Below, one piece after another: positions 40,346 through 54,060 of a stretch of 64,000 nucleotides of DNA. The stretch spans positions 69,564,001-69,628,000 of the forward strand of contig NW_027266308.1 of NCBI RefSeq assembly GCF_022045235.1. The letters run 5' to 3'. Every line of letters begins with the position of its first letter. The first letter of the stretch is position 1. The notes under the pieces are model-generated. The model saw only the letters and a program-made list of their open reading frames with translations, did no database searches and was not told the DNA's origin. The DNA comes from Haliotis cracherodii. Lineage: Eukaryota. The translations under genes and the position numbers were made by a program.

Positions 40346-41199
40346 ATACCTTGCCTCGATATGTTATAAAGCGAACTGTTATAAAGTATTAAACATTAAA
40401 AATTAATTAATTCAGGCCAGTATTAGTCTTTTAAATGTTTATCTGTTTATAGGGGTGTCGGAGTGAGCGATATACCAGCGTCTGTAACATAATCAGAGCC
40501 CGGAAATCATCCATGCCAGCCAGCATTAGTCTTTTAAATGTTTATCTGTTTAATACTTTTTAATAGTTCGCTGTACATATACTTTAAAATACCATTCCGT
40601 GTCGTCACTGTGATAGTGTTCAATTTTCTACATGTTTTTACACGTGGTTATATCAAAAAGTGTCTTTTTTTTCTTATGTACATATTTTAATATCATATGT
40701 TGTTTTTTTATATTTTAGTGCTAATCTAATTTCCCTTGGGATAATAAAGTCCTAACTTATCTTATAGTAAGCCCCCCTTCCCACGGCACACGCACTCGCA
40801 TATACACGCATACTCACCACGAGGTGCGTGCGATTTTTCGGAGCGTGACCTCTGTGTGACCCCGGATGGCGCAATGGTTGCGTCAGCTGGTCAATGATGA
40901 TTTCATCCGATCACAGAGGAAAAGTCATTATAGAGGTCATGATGACCCGCAGCAGGAGGAGGGGGTTGTAACAGCCGCCAAGACTACACACGCATCAACC
41001 CCTAATAACGGGCACTTGAAATCCTACAACATTTTAATATTCTCTGCCTGATTTCATGATATCTTCAGAGAATAAGAGTTGTTTCACAATACACATGCAG
41101 CTTGTTTCAATGTGTCCGTGGGAATTTAAACAGGCTTTGATATGGAGTAGTAGTTACACGTGTATTTTTAATTACTTTAATCGGATTACACTTATTTGT

Positions 41200-41687
41200 A
41201 GGGATTATCACGTTAGATATACACTACACAGGTCTGCTGACAGACGGTAGGTCTCCCACGAGTTCCCTGTCATGGAGAGACCTGGGATTATCACGTTAGA
41301 TATACACTACACAGGTCTGCTGACAGACGGTAGGTCTCCCATGAGTTCCCTGTCATAGAGAGACCTGGGATTATCACGTTAGATATACACTACACGGTCT
41401 CCCATGAGTTCCCTGTCATAGAGAGACCTGGGATTATCACGTTAGATATACACTACACGGTCTCCCATGAGTTCCCTGTCATGGAGAGACCTGGGATTAT
41501 CACGTTAGATATACACTACACAGGGTCTCCCATGAGTTCCCTGTCATGGAGAGACCTGGGATTATCACGTTAGATATACACTACACGGTCTCCCATGAGT
41601 TTCCTGTCTTAGAGAGACCTGGGATTATCACGTTAGATATACACTACACAGGGTCTCCCATGAGTTCACTGTCATGGAGAGACCTGG
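41200..41687. repeat. ~62-82-bp minisatellite
   Basis: Unit GGGATTATCACGTTAGATATACACTACACGGTCTCCCATGAGTTCCCTGTCATGGAGAGACCT. Confidence 0.9.
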
Positions 41688-41925
41688 GGTTAGGTATGAA
41701 GACTGGATATTATTTCAGCTCCCGCTGCAAAACCAGACATATCAAAACTATTAGCCTGAATATAATTTTTGTTTTAATTTGAAACCAAGCAACAATGTAT
41801 TTTATTGTGGCAGGTATTTTTTCAACGGTAGGAAGCATAATTAATTATTCAAGCATTTTCTGGGCATTTTCTGGTCCCTACGAAGCTTTACGAAAACATA
41901 ATGCACGGCGCAGATTTCTTTTGAT

Positions 41926-43102
41926 TACAGTTCATTTCGTCTACAGTCAGTTCGACAACAGTCAGTTCGACAACAGTCAGTTCGACTACAGTCAGTTCGA
42001 CTACAGTGGGTTCGACTACAGTCAGTTCGAGTACAGTCAGTTCGTCTACAGTCAGTTCGACAACAGTCAGTTCGACAACAGTCAGTTCGACAACAGTCAT
42101 TTCGTCTACAGTCAGTTCGACAACAGTCAGTTCGACTACAGTCAGTTCGACAACAGTCAGTTCGACTACAGTGGGTTCGACTACAGTCAGTTCGAGTACA
42201 GTCAGTTCGTCTACAGTCAGTTCGACAACAGTCAGTTCGACTACAGTCAGTTCGACTATAGTCACTTCGTCTACAGTCAGTTCGACAACAGTCAGTTCGA
42301 CTACAGTCAGTTCGACAACAGTCAGTTCGACTACAGTCAGTTCGACTACAGTCAGTTCGACTACAGTCAGTTCGACAACAGTCAGTTCGACTACAGTCAG
42401 TTCGACTATAGTCACTTCGTCTACAGTCAGTTCGACAACAGTCAGTTCGTCTACAGTCAGTTCGACTACAGTCAGTTCGACTACAGTCATTTCGTCTACA
42501 GTCAGTTCGACAACAGTCAGTTCGACTACAGTCAGTTCGACTACAGTGGGTTCGACTACAGTCAGTTCGTCTACAGTCAGTTCGACTATAGTCACTTCGT
42601 CTACAGTCAGTTCGTCTACAGTTAGTTCGACTACAGTGGGTTCGACTATAGTCACTTCGTCTACAGTCAGTTCGTCTACAGTCAGTTCGACTACAGTCAG
42701 TTCGTCTCCAGTCAGTTCGACTATAGTCACTTCGTCTCCAGTGGGTTCGTCTACAGTCACTTCGTCTACAGTCACTTCGTCTACAGTTAGTTCGACTACA
42801 GTCAGTTCGTCTACAGTCAGTTCGACTACAGTCACTTCGTCTACATTCAGTTCGTCTGCAGTCAGTTCGTCTACAGTCAGTTCGACTATAGTCAGTTCGA
42901 CTACAGTCAGTTCGACTATAGTCACTTCGTCTACAGTCAGTTCGTCTAATGTCAGTTCGACTATAGTCAGTTCGTCTAATGTCAGTTCGACTATAGTCAC
43001 TTCGTCTACAGTGGGTTCGTCTACAGTCAGTTCGACTACAGTCACTTCGTCTACAGTGGGTTCGACTACAGTGGCTTCGTCTACAGTCAGTTCGACTACA
43101 GT
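41926..43102. repeat. 15-bp minisatellite (~78 copies)
   Basis: Unit TTCGACTACAGTCAG; gives spurious SQFDY / VSSTT / VELTV ORFs. Confidence 0.95.
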
Positions 43103-43409
43103 GATTGTCGTAAGGTGGAGTCAGTTAATCCTAGACTAACATATAAATCTTATACGCTTCTCTCCTCTAAAATTAAAACAAAGCTTTATTCTCATCCTAA
43201 TTGCATGTGGAATAGAGTTAGCTAGAGCTAGCTGGAGCTGGCTAGACTTGCTTTTGTACATACATATAGATATAGATTGGTTTTGTTTGAATAAAATAAA
43301 TATATTCCAATGAGGACGAACACAGGTCATTCTAAATGGCTTTAGATACAGACTAAATAATAAGAAGAACCCTTATCCGAGTCCTGCAGAACTTAGAAAA
43401 AGCTCAGCC

Positions 43410-43640
43410 GTGACGAGCAACCCATGCTTGTCGTAAAAGGCGACTATGCTTGTCGTAAAAGGCGACTTACAGGATCGGGTGGTCAGGCTCGCCGACTTGG
43501 TTGAAGTATGTCATCGTATTGCATAGATCAATGCTCTTGATATAAATCACTGGATTGTATGGTCCAGACTCGAATATTTACAGACCGCAGTCATAAAGCT
43601 GGAATATTGCTGAGTGCGGTGTTAAACAACAAACAAACAA
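43410..43640 (+). mobile_element. SINE copy (same family as 16283-16470)
   Basis: CCCATGCTTGTCGTAAAAGGCGACT...GCTGGAATATTGCTGAGTGCGGTGTTAAAC followed by (AAAC)n. Confidence 0.8.
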
Positions 43641-43699
43641 AAAAAGCACAAAGGAACAAACTTGCCCTGCATCTTCACGTCTCCTGACCTCCTCCTCAC

Positions 43700-45012
43700 A
43701 AGAGACCGGACAAGGAAATTGATCCAAGGTTACAGAGGCAGAGAGACCGGACAAGGAAACTGATCCAAGGTTACAGAGGCAGAGAGACCGGACAAGGAAA
43801 CTGATCCAAGGTTACAGAGGCAGAGAGACCGGACAAGGAAACTGATCCAAGGTTACAGAGGCAGAGAGACCGGACAAGGAAACTGATCCAAGGTTACAGA
43901 GGCAGAGAGACCGGACAAGGAAACTGATCCAAGGTTACAGAGGCAGAGAGACCGGACAAGGAAACTGATCCAAGGTTACAGAGGCAGAGAGACCGGACAA
44001 GGAAATTGATCCAAGGTTACAGAGGCAGAGAGACCGGACAAGGAAACTGATCCAAGGTTACAGAGGCAGAGAGACCGGACAAGGAAACTGATCCAAGGTT
44101 ACAGAGGCAGAGAGACCGGACAAGGAAACTGATCCAAGGTTACAGAGGCAGAGAGACCGGACAAGGAAACTGATCCAAGGTTACAGAGGCAGAGAGACCG
44201 GACAAGGAAACTGATCCAAGGTTACAGAGGCAGAGAGACCGGACAAGGAAACTGATCCAAGGTTACAGAGGCAGAGAGACCGGACAAGGAAACTGATCCA
44301 AGGTTACAGAGGCAGAGAGACCGGACAAGGAAACTGATCCAAGGTTACAGAGGCAGAGAGACCGGACAAGGAAACTGATCCAAGGTTACAGAGGCAGAGA
44401 GACCGGACAAGGAAACTGATCCAAGGTTACAGAGGCAGAGAGACCGGACAAGGAAACTGATCCAAGGTTACAGAGGCAGAGATACCGGACAAGGAAACTG
44501 ATCCAAGGTTACAGAGGCAGAGACCGGACAAGGAAACTGATCCAAGGTTACAGAGGCAGAGAGACCGGACAAGGAAACTGATCCAAGGTTACAGAGGCAG
44601 AGAGACCGGACAAGGAAACTGATCCAAGGTTACAGAGGCAGAGAGACCGGACAAGGAAACTGATCCAAGGTTACAGAGGCAGAGAGACCGGACAAGGAAA
44701 CTGATCCAAGGTTACAGAGGCAGAGAGACCGGACAAGGAAACTGATCCAAGGTTACAGAGGCAGAGAGACCGGACAAGGAAACTGATCCAAGGTTACAGA
44801 GGCAGAGAGACCGGACAAGGAAACTGATCCAAGGTTACAGAGGCAGAGAGACCGGACAAGGAAACTGATCCAAGGTTACAGAGGCAGAGAGACCGGACAA
44901 GGAAACTGATCCAAGGTTACAGAGGCAGAGAGACCGGACAAGGAAACTGATCCAAGGTTACAGAGGCAGAGACCGGACAAGGAAACTGATTCAAGGTTAC
45001 AGAGGCAAAGAG
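43700..45012. repeat. 41-bp highly homogeneous minisatellite (~32 copies)
   Basis: Unit AGAGACCGGACAAGGAAACTGATCCAAGGTTACAGAGGCAG, almost invariant. Confidence 0.96.
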
Positions 45013-45329
45013 ACCTCTCAGAGAGAGGCGTGAAGTCCCCTTTGTAATTCCTAGATGACATTAGGTTCAACTTGATTTTAACTGTTGAACTGATACTATA
45101 CTGTTCATCAGCTGCTGGAGTACATAACTCTTATAAGTGTTAAGGAATATTGCTTGTTGACTATACTATGATATGTTATATTAGGTCATTGTGTATAATA
45201 AATGTATTCACCTCTCTTATTCACGCGGACAGGTCTACCATGTTTCTGAATGGGTCAGCTTATTACCCCCTAATCATTGATGCATACCTTTGTTTAGATA
45301 ACACTGTAGATGAAAGTGGGCGCCCCCAT

Positions 45330-47775
45330 AATTACTTACTTACTTACTTTGGAGATTTAACGTGCGCTTTCCGACTGATGCGTATTTCGCACACGGGCCC
45401 GGCCAGGCCATTTAATGTGTTTCCGAAAGGGGCGATGGTGATCTGTGCAACCCAAGAGGGGGCTTTAGGGGTTGCCTATATAGAATTTGGGAATTTTGAG
45501 ATTTGGAATAGATGCCGATGGGGTTGGGGAGGAGAACTAAGGGAGCTGGGTATGGTGGATGATTGTTTGTTTATGTGATTTTGATTTGGTAGGTTATTAT
45601 GGTTTTAGATGCGTTTTATTAGTTCCGTTTTGATTAAGAATACGCCTAAGGCCTTGAAGTTTTCTAGTTTATTTTGTGGGTTTAGTATTGCTTCTAGAGT
45701 GAGAGCCTTGTTTAGATTGAGGGTGGTTTGTAATGCGGTTCGATGTGTTAGGTAGTGTGTGCAGTGGATGAGTGCGTGTTCTGGGGTTTCTGGTTGTTTG
45801 CAGTGTGGGCAGTTACCTGTAGTGTGTTTTTTAATTTTTTTTAGGTGGTTATTTAGGTTGGTGTGTCCTGTTTGGAGTTTAGTGATTACTCTGTCGATTT
45901 TTTTTGATGGATGGAGAATTTTTGGTTTGGTTAGTGGTTTGCTGAGCACTCTTTTGATTTGGCTGTTTGAGTTTAGATATAGGTTATGCCATTTTTTTGT
46001 GATTTTTTGTTTGTTTACACTTTTAATTTCTGATTTTGCGATGGGTAAGTTTAAGCTTATTTCTGGGATTTTGAGGGATAGTTTAGCTGCTTTATCGGCG
46101 TTTTCATTACCGTTTATTCCTATTTTTTGTTTTGGAGGGCTTGTAGTCCACTTAGGGAGTCAGTAAGTATTAGGATTTTTTGGTGGTTTTTGGATTCTTG
46201 ATTGTGGAGGGCTGAGGCCATGCCCATTAGTTCTGCCGTGAATATTGATTGGTTATTTGGGAGTCGGAAGGATTGTGTGGTTTTAGTTGGTTGTGTGGTA
46301 TGGACTCCGAAACCTGTGTGTTTGGAGGTCGGATCTGAGGATCCGTCCGTGTAAATGTGACACCAATTTGGCCAATTTTTGTGTATGTATGCTAGTGTGG
46401 TAGTTTTAGCTATGTTTGGGTCGGTTTGTTTATTTATTTGGCTAGCTAGTGTTGTGTCTATTTTGGGTATTTTAAGTTTAGGGGTGAAGATATTTGATTG
46501 TTTGCAGTTTTGTTTAAGATTTTTAATTTGGTGTTCATTGAGGTAGTTTGTTATTCTTTGGGATATTGGGGTAAGTAAGGGGTGTTAACGAGCTAGAGCT
46601 TGGTTTTTAGGGCTGATGTTTTGGTTTATTAAGTTTTGGATGAGAGGGTTTGATTGGGACGCGGCCCAGAAATTTAAGCTTAGCTGTTCCCTGCGTAGAC
46701 TTAGAGGCATTTCTCCTGTTAAGGCCTGAAGTGAGGTGTAGGAGGTGCCATGTAATAAGTTTGAGAGCCTGATATTGTATTGAGTCAAGTTTTTTAGATA
46801 GAGAGTTGTTTAGGGTGTTGTATATGGCGCAGCCGTAGTCTAGTTTTGATCTAATTAGTGATAATTAGAGAGAGAGGAGAGTGTCTTTGGAGGCTCCCCA
46901 GTTAGAGCCAGTTAGGCATCTTAGGGTGTTTAGGTCTTTACTGCATTTAGTTGTTAGGTTTTGGATGTGAGCATCCCAGGTGAGATGTTCATCGAAAATA
47001 AGTCCTAAGAATTTGGTTTGTTTTTGAAATTTGATTGTTTGATTGTTTAGCTGGATGATTGGGGAGGCGGGTTTCATGTTTTTATGTTTGAATACTATTC
47101 CTGTTGTTTTTTCTGAGTTAAGGGAGAAGCCCCATTTGTCAGCCCATTGTTGTATTTTATTAAGAGATTTTTGGAGTAGATTTTTGGCCATTTTCATGCT
47201 TTTAGTGCGGATCCAGATGGCTCCATCATCCGCGAATTTTGATGTTTACTTTAGGGGATAGACCCTCGAATAGATCGTTTATCATTATATTGAAGAGGGT
47301 GGGGCTGAGGATACTGCCCTGTGGAGGGCCATTTTCTAGGGGACATTGGTCCGATAGAGTTTGGTCTATACCCACGGTTATTTTACGATTGTTTAGGAAG
47401 TCCTGGATGTAGTTTATTATCTGACGTTTGAGTCCTATTTTTTTAAGTTTTTGTATTAGCCCATCGTGCCATACCATGTCGAAAGCTTTAGAGAAGTCTA
47501 AGAAGATGCCTGTGGTATATTGTTTATTTAGTTGTCCTGTCTTAATATCTTGTTCTAGTCGGGCGAGGTTATCTAGGGTTGAGCGGCCAGGAGTGAAACC
47601 GCTTTGATCTGGGTTTATGATGTTATTTTGGGTTAAGTAATGTTGTAATCTATTTTTAGCCATTGATTCCATTACTTTACATAAGTTTGAAGTTAGGGAT
47701 ATTGGTCTATAGGAGTTAGCTTGATTAGCTGGTTTATTAGGTTTAGGGATTGGTATGACTAGGGCCTGTTTCCAG
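45330..47775 (-). mobile_element. 5'-truncated non-LTR retrotransposon (I/Nimb-group LINE): reverse transcriptase + RNase H + C-terminal Cys/His motif, disrupted
   Basis: SYRPISLTSNLCKVME; QSGFTPGRST; FLDFSKAFDMVWH; GPPQGSILSPTLF; FADD at ~47226; RNase H IYTDGS (~46345) and GINGNENADKAAK; KLQTGH...CPHC...ETPEH...C; (TAAG)n 3' tail at ~45332-45349; frameshifts and stops. Confidence 0.93.
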
Positions 47776-47854
47776 GGAAATAATGCACTCCATAATGCAC
47801 GCTGGCAGTAAATATCTGGTGTAAAATGCAGGGGCTTGTTAATTTTGCATTCAC

Positions 47855-49204
47855 AGAGATCACGTGTTGATATTACATTAATAAAGACCACGTGGTAACG
47901 TTACATTCACAGAGATCTCTTGCTGGTATTACGTTTATAGAGACCACGTGGTAACGTTACATTCATAGAGATCACGTGTTGGTATTACATTTATAGAGAC
48001 CACGTGGTAACGTTACATTCACAGAGATCACGTGCTGGTATTACATTTATAGAGACCACGTGGTAACGTTACATTCACAGAGATCACGTGCTGGTATTAC
48101 ATTTATAGAGACCACGTGGTAACGTTACATTCATAGAGATCACTTGCTGGTATTACATTTAAAGAGACCACGTGGTAACGTTACATTCATAGAGATCACT
48201 TGCTGGTATTACATTTATAGAGACCACGTGGTAACGTTACATTCATAGAGATCACGTGTTGGTATTACATTTATAGAGACCACGTGGTAACGTTACATTC
48301 ATAGAGATCACGTGCTGGTATTACATTTATAGAGACCACGTGGTAACGTTACATTCATAGAGATCACGTGTTGGTATTACATTTATAGAGACCACGTGGT
48401 AACGTTACATTCATAGAGATCACGTGCTGGTATTACATTTATAGAGACCACGTGGTAACGTTACATTCATAGAGACCACGTGGTAACGTTACATTCATAG
48501 AGATCACGTGTTGGTATTACATTTATAGAGACCACGTGGTAACGTTACATTCATAGAGATCACTTGCTGGTATTACATTTATAGAGACCACGTGGTAACG
48601 TTACATTCATAGAGATCACGTGCTGGTATTACATTTATAGAGACCACGTGGTAACGTTACATTCATAGAGACCACGTGGTAGCGTTACATTCATAGAGAT
48701 CACGTGTTGGTATTACATTTATAGAGACCACGTGGTAACGTTACATTCATAGAGATCACGTGCTGGTATTACATTTATAGAGACCACGTGGTAACGTTAC
48801 ATTCATAGAGACCACGTGGTAACGTTACATTCATAGAGATCACGTGTTGGTATTACATTTATAGAGACCACGTGGTAACGTTACATTCATAGAGATCACG
48901 TGTTGGTATTACATTTATAGAGACCACGTGGTAACGTTACATTCATAGAGACCACGTGGTAACGTTACATTCATAGAGACCACGTGGTAACGTTACATTT
49001 ATAGAGACCACGTGGTAACGTTACATTCATAGAGATCACGTGTTGGTATTACATTTATACAGACCACGTGGTAACGTTACATTCATAGAGATCACGTGCT
49101 GGTATTACATTTATAGAGACCACGTGGTAACGTTACATTCATAGAGATCACGTGTTGGTATTACATTTATAGAGACCACGTGGTAACGTTACATTCATAG
49201 AGAC
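47855..49204. repeat. 28-bp/56-bp dimeric minisatellite rich in CACGTG
   Basis: Subunits AGAGACCACGTGGTAACGTTACATTCAT and AGAGATCACGTGTTGGTATTACATTTAT, ~48 subunits. Confidence 0.96.
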
Positions 49205-51125
49205 TAGATAGTAACACGTCATGCACAGTTTATTGGATTGAGACTCCTCAACAAAAGGCATACATTTCCTTTACAGTTATTAATTAATTCTATAGTCGTT
49301 TGGTTTCTTTAGCTGTTTCTTGTTTACGTGAGCGAGCCTGTGTAAGCGTGACGCAGTCAGTTGTGTCGCCAGGTGCGTTGTCTTGACCTCCCGTGCCAAC
49401 CGCTGACCTTTCTGTGAGAGTAGACACGTAAGCATGTGAACATCATACAGTGCAATGTGAACATCAACCACAACATGTATTTCATAAAACAATCACCCCA
49501 TTGTATGTTCAGCGGTAGCCCAATGCCTGAACAGTCTCAATGCCTGTAGATGTTTCTAGCAAATGCTAATATTATGGATATTTGAAAACGCAATAATGCG
49601 CAGACATTTTTTAACAGATGTGTGCGTGCGTGCGTGCATGATGTGTGTGGTATGACACATTGTGTTTCATACTGTGGAAGGTTCTGACGTCACCATGATA
49701 TCAAGGTGTGGTATGACCCACACTGACTCACACATTGTGTTTCATACTGTGGAAGGTTCTGACGTCACCATGATATCAAGGTGTTTCTCAGACTTAAGTC
49801 AAACTTATCATGGTGGTTGATTTAGAAACCCAATTATTTTCCAACTCATCTCAGGGTTGGGATTTCATTTCTGACGAAGAATAAAGTTAATATTACGCTC
49901 TTCTAGTTTCTGCTGCCGACGGATTTGACATGATTATGACAGCCTGGTAAAGTGTTCCATATTTCATGACACTAATTATATTCATTTTTCATTCCCTAAT
50001 GATGGGGAAATTGTGGCACCTCAGCGCGTGATGTGTCACAAGACTATTTCCAACAGGCACTTGTGTTCTCAGTCGCCCATTATAGAACACGCGTTATTCA
50101 ATTTCCATCGAAATCATCGACATTTTCATCATTAAATTAAAGCTGACCAGGTCTATTGTGTTGGTGACACCTGCCGCTACTGACCAGTATGGATAGGCGA
50201 CATCTGGCGACTCCAGCGCCAAATACGAGTGCCAGTAAAACACCCAGCTCTGCCCACGTCTCTTGTGCAATATGGCCGCTGTGGTCAGTTTTGGACGCCC
50301 CAGCTCAGCGACATTGTGTAAAGTGTCCATAACGACCAGCTGCCGCACTGCCCTAGCGCAACAATGCCGTCACGTTGCAGGGGACAGTTCAACTTTATCG
50401 AAAAATTACTGATATTTGCAATTAATTGTCGGCGGGGTAGTATTTCATTATGGATCCATATAACTATTTATCATCCAAAACTGGCTTCCACGAGAGTATG
50501 GCTACAATGAAATTGCATTACAATGCATTGCAGGCCATTGCGATGTCATCGGTTACCGTGACGTGATAATCAATGCCATCACTAATCTCTCCCCCGCTAA
50601 AGCTGGTTAGATGCACGTTTAACACTCAAGACACTAGTTCCTACTGTTGACAAACCGAACAGGATGAAAGCGTAATGCCACGTAGGCTGCGATATGTTGG
50701 ATGGATGTGATGGTCCACGACAGACACCAATCACAGGGGACCGCAAAAATCTAGCCTCTGAAATTAATTATTTTACAGTTGTTAAATTATGATTATAAAA
50801 TATAATAAAAAAGTGCCCTGAGATTTTCTTTATTTTCAGAAACTGCAGTAATCTAGACTTGCCAAATATTATAGACTTTGTGTGTTGGCGGTTAGGTGCC
50901 TCACTCTGGCAGTGTGGGTCTAAATCCCGAAGTGACTAAAATTAAAAGTACAAGACTCTGTACTTTATTAAGAAAGCATTATCCCAAACAGAACATGTGT
51001 TACATTTAACCACTTTCTAAACTGATATTGTTGTTCAAGGTTGTTGTTGTTGTTGTTGTTGTTAGTACGTGTTTGTTTCACAATTTGGCGAGCCTCAGTC
51101 CAGTGACTTGCTGAAAATTACGTTC

Positions 51126-52250
51126 GACTCTGGGGTACTCTACTCTAGAAGTGACTCTGGGGTACTCTACTCTAGAAGTGACTCTGGGGTACTCTACTCT
51201 AGAAGTGACTCTGGGGTACTCTACGCTAGAAGTGACTCTGGGGTACTCTACTCTAGAAGTGACTCTGGGGTACTCTAGAAGTGACTCTGGGGTACTCTAC
51301 TCTAGAAGTGACTCTGGGGTACTCTACTCTAGAAGTGACTCTGGGGTACTCTACTCTAGAAGTGACTCTGGGGTACTCTACTCTAGAAGTGACTGTGGGG
51401 TACTCTACTCTAGGAGTGACTCTGGGGTACTCTAGAAGTGACTCTGGGGTACTCTACTCTAGAAGTGACTCTGGGGTACTCTACTCTAGAAGTGACTCTG
51501 GGGTACTCTACTCTAGAAGTGACTCTGGGGTACTCTACTCTAGAAGTGACTGTGGGGTACTCTACTCTAGGAGTGACTCTGGGGTACTCTACTCTAGAAG
51601 TGACTCTGGGGTACTCTACTCTAGAAGTGACTCTGGGGTACTCTACTCTAGGAGTGACTCTGGGGTACTCTACTCTAGAAGTGACTCTGGGGTACTCTAC
51701 TCTAGAAGTGACTCTGGGGTACTCTACTCTAGAAGTGACTCTGGGGTACTCTACTCTAGAAGTGACTCTGAGGTACTCTACTCTAGAAGTGACTCTGGGG
51801 TACTCTACGCTAGAAGTGACTCTGGGGTACTCTACTCTAGAAGTGACTCTGGGGTACTCTACTCTAGAAGTGACTCTGTGGTACTCTACTCTAGAAGTGA
51901 CTCTGGGGTACTCTACTCTAGAAGTGACTCTGGGGTACTCTACTCTAGGAGTGACTCTGGGGTACTCTACGCTAGAAGTGACTCTGGGGTACTCTACTCT
52001 AGAAGTGACTCTGGGGTACTCTACTCTAGAAGTGACTCTGGGGTACTCTACGCTAGAAGTGACTCTGGGGTACTCTACTCTAGGAGTGACTCTGGGGTAC
52101 TCTACGCTAGAAGTGACTCTGGGGTACTCTACTCTAGAAGTGACTCTGGGGTACCCTACTCTAGAAGTGACTCTGGGGTACTCTACTCTAGAAGTGACTC
52201 TGGGGTACTCTAATTTAGAAGTGACTCTGGGGTACTCTAATTTAGAAGTC
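51126..52250. repeat. 27-bp minisatellite
   Basis: Unit GTGACTCTGGGGTACTCTACTCTAGAA, ~42 copies. Confidence 0.95.
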
Positions 52251-52747
52251 TAATTTACGTGAGTCCGCCAAGTAGAAGAATCTCCTCCCTCAGGACAACC
52301 GTTCCAGTTCACACAAGACATAATGCAACAGCTCCTGTACAGGAACGTGGATCCTAACCCATCAACCCTTTACGCCAATCTGACCCCATCTGAGGGTTTG
52401 ATGGTAGACCAGGATTTGTTCTTCGAGAGAAAATGATATTTGGACAAGCAGGGGGACTACGTTTTAAAATAAATAATTAGATATTTTACACACAGGGAAG
52501 TTTCAATTATATGGTAGTGAAATTGGGTGGTGGGACATAAATTGTCGGGCAAAAGAAAGTAAACACTCATGTTTCATGGCTAAAATGAAACAAACATAAA
52601 ATGGTAATTCGATGGTAATGTATTTGATACTGATATCAAAGGTCGTGTTTGGACCTTACGTTTGAAATGTTTCTGCCAGTGTTTTCAGACCAGCAACGTT
52701 TTGATAACGATTGTAATCATTTTTGTCAAATGTATACCTGCTTATTC

Positions 52748-52892
52748 AGTGTGGTTTTACGCCGCTTTTAGCAATATTCCCGCGGGGACGCCAAAAATTG
52801 GGCTTCACACATTGTACCCGAGTTGGGAATAGAACACGGGTCTTCGGCGTGACGAGCCAACGCTTTAACTACTATGCTATCCCACCGACCCT
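52748..52892 (-). mobile_element. Short tRNA-derived SINE (same family as 38565-38734)
   Basis: GGTTTTACGCCGCTTTTAGCAA...GGCTTCACACATTGT...GGGTCTTCGGCGTGACGAGC...CGCTTTAAC. Confidence 0.7.
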
Positions 52893-53304
52893 ACACATAG
52901 AGAAGAACACTAAGTATATGGTAGCGGTGATTAGGCACGACCACCTGCTTGACCCAGGTGACGTAGCAATGCTTCTTTAAAGGTTTTGGCGATATGTGTG
53001 TGTGGGGGTGAAATGTAGATGAAGTAAACAAAGCTACGGTGGGTGTGTCCGTGGGAGAGAGTGCGTACCTGTGGGGAGCATGGGTGTGTGGGTGTGGGTG
53101 TGGGTGGGTGTGTGGGGGGGGTGTGGGTGTGGGTGGGGGGGGGGGGGGGGGGAGGGGGGAGGAGTGTATATAGATTTGGCTATGTGGGGTTAGGGGGGCT
53201 TGGAGATTTTGTGGAGGAGAAATTACGATGACCGCCTGTATGTTGGACAGCAAATTATGAATTATGTGAACGATTTTCTATGCGATTCTGCGAACTTTTC
53301 AATA

Positions 53305-54060
53305 ATGTCGGTGTGTTTGCAATTACTGTGAGCGTCTTTGTCAGTGTGTCTACACTTACTGAGGTCGTCTTTGTAGGTGTGTTCACACTTACTGGTAACA
53401 TCTATGTCAGTGTGTCTACACTTACTTGGGACGTCTATGTCGTTGTGTCTACACTTACTTGGGACGTCTATGTCGTTGTGTCTTCACTTACTGGAGAAGT
53501 CTATGTCGGTGTGTCTTCACTTACTGGAGAGGTCTATGTCGGTGTGTCTTCACTTACTGGAGAGGTCTATGTCGGTGTGTCTTCACTCACTGGTGACGTC
53601 TATGTCGGTGTGTCTACACTTACTGGAGAGGTCTATGTCGGTGTGTTTACACTTACTGGAGAGGTCTATGTCGGTGTGTCTACACGTACTGGTGACGTCT
53701 ATGTCAGTGTGTCTACACTTACTTGGGACGTCTATGTCAGTGTGTCTACACTTACTTGGGACGTCTATGTCGTTGTGTCTTCACTTACTGGAGAAGTCTA
53801 TGTCGGTGTGTCTACACTTACTTGGGACGTCTATGTCGGTGTGTCTTCACTTACTGGAGAGGTCTATGTCGGTGTGTCTACACTTACTGGAGAGGTCTAT
53901 GTCGGTGTGTCTACACTTACTGGAGAGGTCTATGTCGTTGTGTCTTAACTTACTGGTGATGTCTATGTCGTTTGTCAGCATTTACTGAGGACGTCTATGT
54001 CGATGTGTCTTCAATTACTGGAGACGTCTATGTCGGTGTGTCTACAGTTACTTGAGACAT
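53305..54060. repeat. 33-bp minisatellite
   Basis: Unit GTGTCTACACTTACTGGAGAGGTCTATGTCGGT. Confidence 0.92.

Noticed and set aside
39427-40392. 308-321 aa repeat ORFs
   Set aside because: 42-bp minisatellite; multiple frames open
41795-43139. Ser/Thr-rich mucin-like and SQFDY-repeat ORFs (possible shell or adhesive protein)
   Set aside because: 15-bp tandem repeat open in several frames on both strands; no convincing signal peptide, splice context or codon-position bias
51069-53988. SDSGVLYSR and VYVGVSTLTGE repeat proteins
   Set aside because: 27-bp and 33-bp minisatellites with several frames open; no gene structure
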